This document shows, in pieces, positions 1-9,200 of a DNA stretch of 32,000 bases; position 1 is the stretch's first letter, and every line of letters begins with the position of its first letter. The translations under genes and the position numbers were made by a program. The notes beneath the pieces were generated by a model. It had not been told where the DNA came from, ran no database searches, and saw only the letters and a program-made list of their open reading frames with translations. The DNA is from Candidatus Nitrospira inopinata (lineage in GTDB: Bacteria > Nitrospirota > Nitrospiria > Nitrospirales > Nitrospiraceae), in NCBI RefSeq assembly GCF_001458695.1, contig NZ_LN885086.1:1500001-1532000 (forward strand), read 5' to 3'.

Positions 1-1
1 T

Positions 2-208
2 ATCTTGAGTCACGTGGCGGATCGACTGGAGATCGCCCCTGATCGGTTGTCATCGGTCATCGAGCGGTACGGCAACACCTCGTCCGCGTCGCTGCCCATC
101 GCGTTGGATGACGCGGTGCGCGGCGGACGAATCGCCGGCGGGGATGTGGTGTTGTTGGGCAGCTTTGGTGGAGGCCTGACGTGGGCGACCGGACTGATAC
201 GGTGGTGA
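2..208 (+). CDS. fabH: 3-oxoacyl-ACP synthase III (FabH), C-terminal fragment; the 5' end lies outside the window
   Basis: The translation ...ERYGNTSSASLPIALDDAVRGGRIAGGDVVLLGSFGGGLTWATGLIRW* matches the conserved FabH C-terminus (GNTSxASIPxALD ... FGGGxTWG). The frame is open to the window edge. Confidence 0.8.
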   Translation: MLSHVADRLEIAPDRLSSVIERYGNTSSASLPIALDDAVRGGRIAGGDVVLLGSFGGGLTWATGLIRW

Positions 209-258
209 AGACGACGCGGCTTCACGGCCGCGCAGGCCTTTTGGCGGGAGCGGCGCCG

Positions 259-2100
259 CTACCGGGCCGGACCATGGTGACCGCTGTGAATCGGCAGGCG
301 AACCATGAACCGGCTGCCTTTGGGCTCATTGGCTTCGACCCAGACTTCTCCGCCGTGTCCTTCGACGATATGCTTCACAATGGCGAGGCCGAGGCCGGTT
401 CCGCCCAACTCGCGGGATCTGGCTTTATCGACGCGATAAAAACGTTCGAAGACGCGCGGTCGATCCGTTTCCGGAATGCCGATCCCCGTATCCGAGACGC
501 TCAATTCGAGAGCTTCCCCCGCCGGGCGGTCGCCCGTCCGCGGTTTTGACGCCCGTCTCGCCGCCACGGTGATGGTGCCGCCCAGCGGCGTGTATTTCAC
601 GGCGTTGTCCAGCAAGTTGGTCATCACTTGAACCAACCGGTCTTCGTCGCCGGCAATGGAAGGCACGGCGTCTTCAAGAAAGGTGACGAGCCGGTGTCCT
701 TTTTTTTCGGCCAGCGGTTTGATCGTCGAGAGCGCGCGGTCGATGACCGCGCGAAGATCGATCGGATCCTGGCGAAACGAGACGCGGCCCGATTCGATAT
801 GCGAAAGTTCGAGCAGGTCTCCGATAATAAGGTTCAATCGATCGCTTTGCTTGAGGATGATATCGAGAAAATTTGCCGCCATCTTCGGGTCGTCCTTGGC
901 GCCGTCCAGCAGCGCTTCCACGTACCCCTTGATCGAGGTGAGCGGCGTGCGCAATTCGTGGGAGACGTTGGCCACGAAGTCCTTGCGGATGGTTTCCAGG
1001 CGGCGAAGCTCCGTAATATCGTGACAAACCAGCACCACGCACGCCTCGTTGTCCCGTTCCCCTCCCGCGAATGAAGCTTCGATCTGCAAACATCGCCCCG
1101 TCAGCGGGAGGATCAGTTCGGCCTCGCGATGGCTTCGAGATCGAAGCGTCGCCTCCACCAGCTCGCTCAACTGCCGGTTGCGGAACAATTCCGCAAACGG
1201 ACGCCCCCGCGCCTCGGCGCGGGAGATGCCGAAGATGCGCTCCAATGCGGGGTTCATTTGCAAGACATAGCCCCGTCGATCCAAGACCATCACGCCCTCG
1301 ATCATGGACGTCAGCACGGCCAACAGTTGCGCCCGGTCTTCGGACAGTTCGGCGAGCTTGGTCTGCATGCGGTCGGCGACTTGGTGGAGAGCGTCGGCGA
1401 GACCATCGACTTCATCGTGTGCGGCGCGCTTGGAAGAGACGGTGAAATCTTCCGATTCCAGACGTCTGACAGCCCGTGCTACGGCCGAAAGCGGTTGTGT
1501 CAGGCTGTGGACAAGCCACACAGTGAACGCCGCGACCGCCAAGAAGACGAGCCCCAGCGCGATGACGATGGTTCGTTTGGCGCGTTCGATGTCTCGGTCC
1601 ATCTGAGTCGTCGCAAGCCCTACGCGCACAATGATCGGACCATGAGGAGCGCCGGACGCCGTTGTCACGGCTCGATAAAGGGTGCGCTCACCGGTTATCT
1701 CGTCGACCCTGATATCCTGGCCCCGTCCCGTGGAGAGGGTCTGTCGGACTTCCGGCTTGTTTGCTTGATTTTCAGGAAAGGGTGGGGCGTCGCCCTGGAT
1801 GGCGCTGTCGGCGATGACGGTGCCGTCCGAGGCGATGAGCGTAACGCGGGCGGCGGCATGGGCGCCAAGCTCGCGAGCGGTGGTTTGGAGATGCGAGGGC
1901 GAAGCAAGGTGATCCGGCGATGCAAACAGAAAGGACAAGTTGTACTCGACGAGCGTGACCGTGGTTTCCAAGACGCTGTTTTGCCGGAGCAGGTGCTGCC
2001 GATCCAACGATCGGACGATGAAGATTCCCGCCATGACGAAAAGACACGCTGTTGCGAAAAGCGCAACGCATGCCAGCTTCCATCTGATCGGGAATTTCAT
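259..2100 (-). CDS. Sensor histidine kinase, PhoR/VicK-type (2 TM, extracytoplasmic domain, HAMP, PAS, HisKA, HATPase_c)
   Basis: H-box FVANVSHELRTPLTSIKGY; N/G boxes NLLDNAVKYT and DTGIGI...GGTGLGLAIVK. Two hydrophobic segments flank a loop of about 170 aa. I moved the start to the ATG at 2100 (MKFPIRWKLACVALF...), because the track's upstream extension overlaps the regulator gene. Confidence 0.85.
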   Translation of the reverse strand: MKFPIRWKLACVALFATACLFVMAGIFIVRSLDRQHLLRQNSVLETTVTLVEYNLSFLFASPDHLASPSHLQTTARELGAHAAARVTLIASDGTVIADSAIQGDAPPFPENQANKPEVRQTLSTGRGQDIRVDEITGERTLYRAVTTASGAPHGPIIVRVGLATTQMDRDIERAKRTIVIALGLVFLAVAAFTVWLVHSLTQPLSAVARAVRRLESEDFTVSSKRAAHDEVDGLADALHQVADRMQTKLAELSEDRAQLLAVLTSMIEGVMVLDRRGYVLQMNPALERIFGISRAEARGRPFAELFRNRQLSELVEATLRSRSHREAELILPLTGRCLQIEASFAGGERDNEACVVLVCHDITELRRLETIRKDFVANVSHELRTPLTSIKGYVEALLDGAKDDPKMAANFLDIILKQSDRLNLIIGDLLELSHIESGRVSFRQDPIDLRAVIDRALSTIKPLAEKKGHRLVTFLEDAVPSIAGDEDRLVQVMTNLLDNAVKYTPLGGTITVAARRASKPRTGDRPAGEALELSVSDTGIGIPETDRPRVFERFYRVDKARSRELGGTGLGLAIVKHIVEGHGGEVWVEANEPKGSRFMVRLPIHSGHHGPAR

Positions 2101-2173
2101 GGGAAGAGGGGAAAATGGCACATCAAGAACGGGAAAATGACAGGGCGCAGAGGAAGAGGAGAGTGGTCGCGCA

Positions 2174-2884
2174 TTATACGTCCCCTGCCGGATCCTTGAG
2201 CTTATATCCCAGCGATTTGACGGAGACGATGGCGTCTTCAAGAATGGGTAACTTCTGCTTGAGTCGTCGGATGTGGACGTCGACTGTTCGGGTCGTGCCG
2301 AAGTAATCATATCCCCAAACGGCATTGAGGAGCACGTCGCGGGTCAACACTCGTCCCGGATGCCGAATCAAGTGCTCGAGCAAGCCGAATTCCTTCGCCG
2401 TTAACACGACTTCTTCCTGGCCCACGCGAACCTCATGGCGCCCGAGGTCCATCGTCAAGGGACCATAGTGGTAATGGGTGGTCCCGGTGGCTTGGGCCCG
2501 TTCCATGCGACGGAAGAGGGCCTTGACGCGGGCCGTCAGCGTCTTGGGGCTGAACGGTTTCGTGACATAGTCGTCGGCGCCCAGTTCGAGGCCGATGACG
2601 GTATCGGATTCTTCGGCTTTGGCCGTCAGCATGATGATGGGCAACATCGCCGTCTCGGGGGCGGCGCGCACCCGCTTGCAGACTTCGAGGCCGTCCATAT
2701 CGGGCAACATGAGGTCTAGCACGATCAGATCCGGCTTTTCTTGAGAGATGAGTTTTAAACATTCCGGGCCCGTTGCGGCGGTGATCACACGAAAGCCGTC
2801 TTTTTCCAGGTACAGCTTAACGAGCTGTTGGATGTCTTTTTCGTCCTCGACAACGAGGACTTTCTTGGGCGAAAAGGCAGGCAT
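2174..2884 (-). CDS. OmpR/PhoB-family response regulator (receiver + winged-helix DNA-binding domain)
   Basis: KVLVVEDEKDI...DLIVLDLMLPDMDG...LTAK...GADDYVTKPFS is a receiver-domain signature. The C-terminus LTAKEFGLLEHL...VWGYDYFGTTRTVDVHIRRLKQKL is the Trans_reg_C signature. It lies 73 nt upstream of the kinase on the same strand. Confidence 0.9.
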   Translation of the reverse strand: MPAFSPKKVLVVEDEKDIQQLVKLYLEKDGFRVITAATGPECLKLISQEKPDLIVLDLMLPDMDGLEVCKRVRAAPETAMLPIIMLTAKAEESDTVIGLELGADDYVTKPFSPKTLTARVKALFRRMERAQATGTTHYHYGPLTMDLGRHEVRVGQEEVVLTAKEFGLLEHLIRHPGRVLTRDVLLNAVWGYDYFGTTRTVDVHIRRLKQKLPILEDAIVSVKSLGYKLKDPAGDV

Positions 2885-3332
2885 AGAGAGTTCTCAGCCT
2901 ACGGATGCGCGGAGGAGCTGTCAAGCACAGGCAGGATAGAGAATGGAAGAGAGCAAGATCTGGCAGGATGTCGGTCATGGGAGGATTGCACACGGTTTCG
3001 GCAGTCTTATTCGTATCGACCCGTTTTGAGGAGCAATTTTTCTAGGAGTGCCTGGGAAGAAATACGCGATTTCTCCTTGTTGCTCAACCTTGATTCAAGA
3101 TCCGACGAAGGGCTCGTCTTTTCTGCGGTAAGAACGCTGCATACGCAAAGACAGCAATCTTTTTGTTGCTTCTGTAGGGAACGTCATACTGAGCGATGCG
3201 GGCTCTATAAATCATAGGGTTGCGCATTTATCTCCGACTCAACCCTTTTCTGTTTCCTACACTCATCTGAAATACGATTAGTTCCTCCCTCGTTTTTCCA
3301 CGAGAATCTCGAACGATTTCGCTTTGGTCTGA

Positions 3333-3348
3333 TGGCACATGCCTTGCT
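3333..3348 (+). promoter_or_regulatory. Putative sigma54 (-24/-12) promoter element TGGCAC-N5-TTGCT
   Basis: The sequence TGGCACatgccTTGCT matches the complete TGGCAC-N5-TTGC(W) core. It is intergenic, on the + strand, about 240 nt upstream of the 3589 start codon. Confidence 0.5.
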
Positions 3349-3497
3349 CATGATTGCCAAAGTAAAAGCAGACGCCTTCTTTGCTCGTCATAGCTCGACG
3401 GGTTTCTTGATCCAAGTTCCCTCATTAAGGGGCGCGGGGTCGTTGAGGCACTTGAGCAGGGTGTCTTGCGAGGTTGTGTGTCGGGTGGCGTCATCTT

Positions 3498-3542
3498 CTC
3501 TTGTCAGGTCGCTCTTGTCAGATTCGGAAGTCGCAGAAGTCG
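3498..3542 (+). promoter_or_regulatory. Two pairs of short direct repeats upstream of the secreted-protein gene (candidate regulator binding sites or 5'-UTR element)
   Basis: CTCTTGTCAG occurs at 3498-3507 and 3512-3521 (14-nt period). GAAGTCG occurs at 3527-3533 and 3536-3542 (9-nt period). They lie 47-91 nt upstream of ATG 3589. Confidence 0.3.
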
Positions 3543-3588
3543 ATGCCGTGCTCGGTCGTTGATCGAAGTCGAATAAAGGAGTTCTGTT

Positions 3589-4815
3589 ATGAGGGTGATA
3601 TGGGCGTGCGCGATAGCCGGTTTGCTCATGGTATGGTCGACCCCCTCGTGGAGTGCGTCGTTGTCGTGGAATGCCAATACTGAGTCGGATCTAGCCGGCT
3701 ATCGCGTGTATCGATGCAGCGTGTCCAACTGTTCACGGACGTCCGGTACTGCCGCGCTTCTGGCGACACTGGGACGAGTGACCAGTTTCAATATTGGAAC
3801 TCCGTCGACGACGCAGTATTACTTTCTCACGGCGTTCGACTATATCGGAAATGAATCGCGGGAAAGCGCGGTTGTCACCTATACTCCGCCCAGTTCCACT
3901 CCCCCGGCCATCGGGGCCAGTCCGACAAGTTTCTCCTTCGCCGCAACCAGGGGAGGTACGAATCCTGCCTCGCAAACCCTCAACATTACCAACACCGGCG
4001 GGGGGACCCTCAGTTGGACGCTGAGTGAGAATATCAGTTGGCTTACTCTAAGTCGGACATCGGGGAGCGGCAATGGTTCGGTGATACTTAATGTGACGAC
4101 CGGGAGTTTGGCCGCCGGGACCTATACCGGCACAATCCTGATTAGTGCCACCGGTGCGTCTTCGGTCACTATTCCGGTGACGTTTACCGTCTCGCCTAAT
4201 GCCGTGCCGATAATTGGAGTCAGTCCGACGAGTTTTTCTTTTACCGCCACACAGGGTGGTGCGAATCCGTCTCTCCAAAGTATGACCATTACAAATACAG
4301 GAGGAGGCACCCTCCGGTGGAGTGCTCGAACCAACGCCAATTGGATTTCGCTCAGCTCGATTGATGGAAGCGGGAATGCCACGATCATGGTAGGGGCTGT
4401 CACGGCCGGTTTACCGGCCGGAACCCATAGTGGACAGATCTATGTTGCCGCTGAGGGAGCCTCTTCGGTGATTGTCCCCATCACGTTTACAATCACGACC
4501 GGCTCTTCCGTATCGCCAGCAGTCAGTGTCAGTCCAACGAGCCTTTCCTTCACTGCAAGAGTGGGGGGAGCCAATCCTTCGTCTCAAACGTTGCGCATTT
4601 CCAATTCGGGGGGTGGGACGCTCAACTGGAGTGTGAGAGGCAACCGTAGTTGGATGTGGCTTAGCCCGACTGATGGCAGTGGGAATGCCACCATCACGGT
4701 AGGAGTCACCACCGCCGGCTTGTTGGCTGGGACCTATAACGGTCAGCTCACTATAGGAGCCGCAGGTACCTCTTCGTTCATCAGTGTGCCGATCACGCTT
4801 ACAATGACCCCCTGA
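3589..4815 (+). CDS. Secreted protein: signal peptide, FN3-like module, three tandem BACON/Ig-like beta-sandwich repeats of about 100 aa
   Basis: Signal peptide MRVIWACAIAGLLMVWSTPSWSA. LSWNANTESDLAGYRVYR is a typical FN3 start. Three repeats share the pattern PTSFSFTAxxGGxNPxSQTLxIxNTGGGTLxWS...W(L/I)xLS...GSGNxTIxV...AGTYxG...(V/I)P(I/V)TxT. AAGGAG lies 8 nt upstream of the ATG. Confidence 0.8.
   Translation: MRVIWACAIAGLLMVWSTPSWSASLSWNANTESDLAGYRVYRCSVSNCSRTSGTAALLATLGRVTSFNIGTPSTTQYYFLTAFDYIGNESRESAVVTYTPPSSTPPAIGASPTSFSFAATRGGTNPASQTLNITNTGGGTLSWTLSENISWLTLSRTSGSGNGSVILNVTTGSLAAGTYTGTILISATGASSVTIPVTFTVSPNAVPIIGVSPTSFSFTATQGGANPSLQSMTITNTGGGTLRWSARTNANWISLSSIDGSGNATIMVGAVTAGLPAGTHSGQIYVAAEGASSVIVPITFTITTGSSVSPAVSVSPTSLSFTARVGGANPSSQTLRISNSGGGTLNWSVRGNRSWMWLSPTDGSGNATITVGVTTAGLLAGTYNGQLTIGAAGTSSFISVPITLTMTP
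3901..4812 (+). repeat. Three tandem protein-level repeats (about 300-306 nt each) within the secreted protein gene
   Basis: Repeat units cover roughly aa 105-204, 205-306 and 307-408 (nt 3901-4200, 4201-4506, 4507-4812). They are conserved at the amino-acid level and diverged at the DNA level. Confidence 0.75.
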
Positions 4816-4913
4816 GGAGACAAGGACGTTTCCTGCTTGTGTCCCGTCCTTCTCTCGTGAAAGGGGAAGACGCAAGGTGTTCTTCTGTGTTTTGCTGGGG
4901 GCTTTTCGGATTG

Positions 4914-4947
4914 CCGGTCGCCTGGCGAAATAAGGATAGGCGACCGG
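4914..4947 (+). terminator. Perfect 10-bp stem hairpin downstream of the secreted-protein gene (possible terminator or stability element; no U-tract)
   Basis: CCGGTCGCCT (4914-4923), a 14-nt loop, then AGGCGACCGG (4938-4947). It is followed by ctattcg, which is not T-rich. Confidence 0.3.
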
Positions 4948-4982
4948 CTATTCGAGTCTTTCCCAAGATGACCCCAATCCTG

Positions 4983-5012
4983 TTGACGATGCCTGGGCGT
5001 CTGACGTATCGT
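4983..5012 (+). promoter_or_regulatory. Putative sigma70-type promoter for ispH
   Basis: TTGACG (4983-4988), an 18-nt spacer, then TATCGT (5007-5012); about 65 nt upstream of ATG 5078. Confidence 0.3.
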
Positions 5013-5077
5013 GGTCGCTCAACACAAGGCCGTAACTCAGACGACATTCTGGAGCCTGGCTGAAGGAGCGACCGATC

Positions 5078-6046
5078 ATGAAAATCTATCTCGCCAATCC
5101 CCGTGGGTTTTGCGCCGGCGTCGATCGAGCGATCGACATCGTGGACCTGTCTCTCAAGAAGTACGGCGCTCCCATCTACGTGCGTCACGAAATCGTCCAT
5201 AGCCGCCATGTCGTGAATTCGCTCAGGCAAAAGGGTGCGGTGTTCGTGGAAGAGTTGAACGAGGTGCCGGAAGGGTCGGTGGTGATCTTCAGTGCGCACG
5301 GCGTGGCCAAGTCCGTATGGGAAGAGGCGCGTCAACGCCGTCTCCACGTGATCGATGCCACGTGTCCCCTGGTGATCAAGGTCCACAACGAAGTCAACCG
5401 GGATTACGCGCAAGGGTACGAGCTGATCCTCATCGGCCATGCGGGCCATCCGGAAGTGATCGGGACATTGGGGCAAATTCCCGACAAGTTCCATCTGGTG
5501 TCCTCCGTCGAAGACGTCGAGGCGCTGCAAGTGGACAACACCGTCAACTTATCGTATGTCACGCAGACGACGCTCAGCGTGGATGAATGCCGGGACATCG
5601 TCACCGCGTTGCACCGGCGGTTCCCGAACATCAAGGGGCCGCATCAAGAAGACATCTGCTACGCGACGCAGAATCGTCAAAATGCGGTCAAGGAGTTGTC
5701 TCGTCTGGTCGATGTCATCCTGGTCATCGGATCGCCGAACAGTTCGAACTCCAATCGCTTGCGGGAATTGGGCGAACGGTGCGGTATTCCTTCCTATCTG
5801 ATCGACTCGGCCAACGATATCGATCCGGTCTGGCTTGAAGGGGCCAAGGCCGTCGGCATCACGGCCGGCGCCTCCGCGCCGGAGGTGTTGGTAACCGAAG
5901 TGGTCGCCTTCCTTCGGTCGACCGGCTCCTCGGAGGTCGAGGAGTTGACCGTGATCGAAGAAGACGTCGAGTTTCTCTTGCCGAAAGAATTAGTTCAAAT
6001 TGAATCTGCCGGCAGCAAGGCTGCGGCCGGGATCGCGGCAGGTTAA
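5078..6046 (+). CDS. ispH: 4-hydroxy-3-methylbut-2-enyl diphosphate reductase (IspH/LytB), MEP pathway
   Basis: [19 protein letters not shown]... with the three cluster cysteines ([20 protein letters not shown]). GAAGGAG is the RBS upstream. Confidence 0.95.
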   Translation: MKIYLANPRGFCAGVDRAIDIVDLSLKKYGAPIYVRHEIVHSRHVVNSLRQKGAVFVEELNEVPEGSVVIFSAHGVAKSVWEEARQRRLHVIDATCPLVIKVHNEVNRDYAQGYELILIGHAGHPEVIGTLGQIPDKFHLVSSVEDVEALQVDNTVNLSYVTQTTLSVDECRDIVTALHRRFPNIKGPHQEDICYATQNRQNAVKELSRLVDVILVIGSPNSSNSNRLRELGERCGIPSYLIDSANDIDPVWLEGAKAVGITAGASAPEVLVTEVVAFLRSTGSSEVEELTVIEEDVEFLLPKELVQIESAGSKAAAGIAAG

Positions 6047-6232
6047 TCAAACGTCCATTCCGCTTCCATGCCTTAGTGGTAGTTCTTTTGATTTCCACAT
6101 TATTACGCCGTCTTTCATTTTGATTTCTTCGGGTCCGTGTGCTACGAAGGGCCGGTTGGTTTTATCGATTTCATTCCGGCCGACGATTGGATTTCGGGAG
6201 GCGTAAGAGTTAAGGAAAAGAGGCAATCATCG

Positions 6233-9200
6233 ATGTATCTCAAGTCATTGGACATGCTGGGCTTTAAATCGTTTGTCGAGGGGAAAATCGAATTTCCAGA
6301 GGGGGTTACCGCGGTTGTCGGCCCCAACGGAAGCGGAAAAAGCAATGTCGTTGATGCGATCCTCTGGGTCTTGGGCGAGCAGAGCACCAAAACGCTCAGG
6401 AGCGAAAAGATGGAGGATGTCATTTTCAACGGCACGACGCTCAGAAAGCCGTTGGGAATGGCCGAAGTCTCGCTGACGATCGGCGGCTTGGATCGATCGT
6501 CGGTGAAGCTCGAGGGAAGCACGGGGTTGCCCGGCCAATTGACCGAATTTCAGGAGCTGATGATCACTCGTCGGCTGTATCGGAACGGGGAGAGCGAATA
6601 CTTCATCAATAAAACCCCTTGCCGGCTTAAAGACGTCCGGAGTCTGTTGCTTGACACTCGCGCGGGGAGCAAGGGACACACCGTGATCGCTCAAGGCCAG
6701 ATCGATCAGATTCTGAACGCCTCTCCGCGGGATCGGCGGGAGCTGATCGAAGAGACCGCCGGCATCATCCGTTATAAAAAGCAAAAGGCCGAAGCGTTAC
6801 GGAAACTCGACGTGACGCAGCAGAACTTGCTTCGGGTCCGGGACGTGATCGCGGAGGTGAAGAAACAGCTCAATTCTCTTGAGCGGCAGGCCCGCCAGGC
6901 GCGAACGTATCAGGCGTTGCAGCAGGAGGCTCGGGGGTTGGAAGTCGAGTTGCTGACGAGAGAATTCAGGGCGTTGCGGGCGGGATTGGCTGAGACGGAG
7001 ACGGCACTCGCCTCGTGTGACGCCAAGGAAGCGTCGATCGCGGCGGAGCAGGCTCGGGTGGCGGCGGAACTGGAGCGGATCCGTCTTCAGGCTATTGCGA
7101 CGAATGAAGCGATCGATCGGATTCGCCGGGCCTTCTCGGACGTAGAGCATCGGCAGGGGCAGGCCCTGACGGCCTCGGAGGTGGCCAGGAATCGGAGTCA
7201 GTTATTCGAGCAACAACGGCAGCAAGAGGCGAAGGAATTGGACGACCTTGCGCAAGTCGAAAAAGACCTGGAAGCCTCGCGTGAGGCGATCGAGGCCTCG
7301 TTGTCGGAGATAGGACGGGAGTTGAAGGACCGTGAAGCCGCCTGCGCCGAGTTGGATAGGGAAGTAACCCGTCTTGTGGGGCAACGGGAGACGGCGGCGG
7401 TCGAGAAGGATCGCGGACATCAAGAGCTCCTCCGATTGGCCGTGCAAGTGGCGAACGCGGAGCAGGCGCTGGCCCAGTTGGCTCTGCGTCTGGACGAGGC
7501 GGCCAAGCGCGAGACGTTGCTGGGGTCGGATCTGGCCGACGCGCTGGCCCAGCGGGCCGCGGTGAATGTGCAGCGTGAGTCGCTGCGGCTGGAGCAGGGC
7601 GAAGCGGGCAAGTTGGTGGAAAGTTTGCGGGAGCACCAAGAACTGACTCGAAGAACCGCGGCGCAGGTCGCCGAAGAACTCCGGGCGCTCGATGAAGTGA
7701 TTTTACGCCGGTCCGAGGAAGCGGCCGCGGTCGATTCTCGATTGAACGCCTTGCAGGGACTGGTTCGGGAAGAAATGGGATACGGGCGGCAGGGAAGCGA
7801 CGAGGCGACGGCGTTGAAGTCTTGCGGCGGCGTCGGGGACGCGCTGGCCGAATGGCTGACTGTTCCATCGGGGCTGGATCGAGCCGTGGAAGCATTCCTC
7901 GGCGAGCGCGTGCACGGATGGGTGGTCGACGAACCGGCTGTCGCGACGCGGGCCGTCGAGTTTCTGCAGGAAAAATCGCTGGGACGCGGGACGTTCATTC
8001 CAAAACAGCCTCGATGGGGACGGGCGGGCGGGCGGGTGGAGGAGTGGTGGACGGCGATGGCGGGACAGCCGGGTGTGTTGGGGCGCGCCGTCGATTTGAT
8101 TCAGACGGAAGGGGATTTGCTTGCCGCTCGCGACAGTTTGTTCGATCGGGTGGTCTTTGTGGAATCTCTGCACGACGCCCTGCGGTTTTGGGAACAACGG
8201 ATGTGGTCGGATCAACGGGGCCCTATATTGGTCACGCGAGCGGGAGAGATTGTAGATGCCTCGGGGATTATCAGCGGGGGGCAGGCACGCGAAGATCGGG
8301 GGTTGCTGGAACGGCGGCGGGAAGTCGTTGATCTGCAAAGGGAACGGATGGTTATCGCGACGGCACTCGAGCGGGACAAGCAGCGGCGGTTGGAATTACA
8401 GGTCAAGGCAGAAGAACTGTCGGCGCAAATGAAGCGGGTCACGGATGATTTGCGCGGGGCCGAGATGCGCGAACTGGCGTTGCGCAAAGATGACGAGGCG
8501 TCGAACCAAGTGTCGGCCGACCTTGACCTCAAGGTGAAACATATTGAGGCGGACATTTCCAGGAACAAGGCGGCCGGCGAGCGATACGCGGAGGAAAAGC
8601 GCGCGATTGAGACGCAGCTTCAACAATGGATGATCGAGAAGGCCGATCGCGAGATAACCTTGGCTCACATGCAGGATCGGCTGGTCGAGATCGACGGCCA
8701 GGGGCGGGCGCTTCAGGAGCGGCTCACCGAGGCGCGACTGCTGTTGGAAGGGCTACGGGCCAAACAGGAGCATGAACAGGCCGATCGGGCTCGCGTCACG
8801 CAGCAGCAGACGGAGATGAACCGACGGCGTCAATCGTTGACCCAACATCTGCAAGAGTTGGCGCGCGCGATTCAGGACAGCAGAGAGGAGCAGGCGAGGC
8901 AGGAAGCGGTCTTCCGGGAACTCAGTGCGTCGGCGGCGCAGCTCAGTGCCGATCTGGCGTCGGCCCAAGAGCGGCAGGCTCAGGAATTGTCCGTTCGCCA
9001 GACGCTGGAATCCGGCGCGGAGGAGATACGCAGAGAACTGGCGGCGGTGCGCGAAGCTCGAATGGGAGTCAAGGTGCGTCGGGCTCAGTTGCAGACTCAA
9101 TTGAACATGGTTGAAAGCACGTTGTCGGGAACCTATCAGTTGGAACCGCGGACGCTGGCCGACGGTCAACCGACGTCCGGCGACCCGGTGGCGGAAGAGA

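Noticed and set aside
2101-2325. The 75-codon N-terminal extension of the histidine kinase ORF, which overlaps the response-regulator gene.
   Set aside because: It is Ser/Pro-rich and out of character. The Met at 2100 immediately precedes the first TM helix and lies downstream of the regulator stop.
3278-3391. A 37-codon minus-strand ORF (MTSKEGVCFYFGNHEQGMCHQTKAKSFEILVEKRGRN), below the track threshold.
   Set aside because: It has no convincing RBS and no family that I recognise. It overlaps the sigma54-like element on the opposite strand. It cannot be supported without conservation or expression data.
3498-3521. Interpreting the CTCTTGTCAG direct repeat as a canonical Pho box for the adjacent PhoB-like regulator.
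   Set aside because: The repeat period is 14 nt rather than 11. The half-site differs from CTGTCAT, and no pst/pho genes are nearby. I kept it only as a generic candidate binding site.
6137-6232. The N-terminal 32-codon extension of the smc ORF in the track.
   Set aside because: SMC proteins start M(Y/R/K)LK.L...GFKSF. The ATG at 6233 gives exactly that and has an upstream RBS. The extension is non-conserved-looking sequence.
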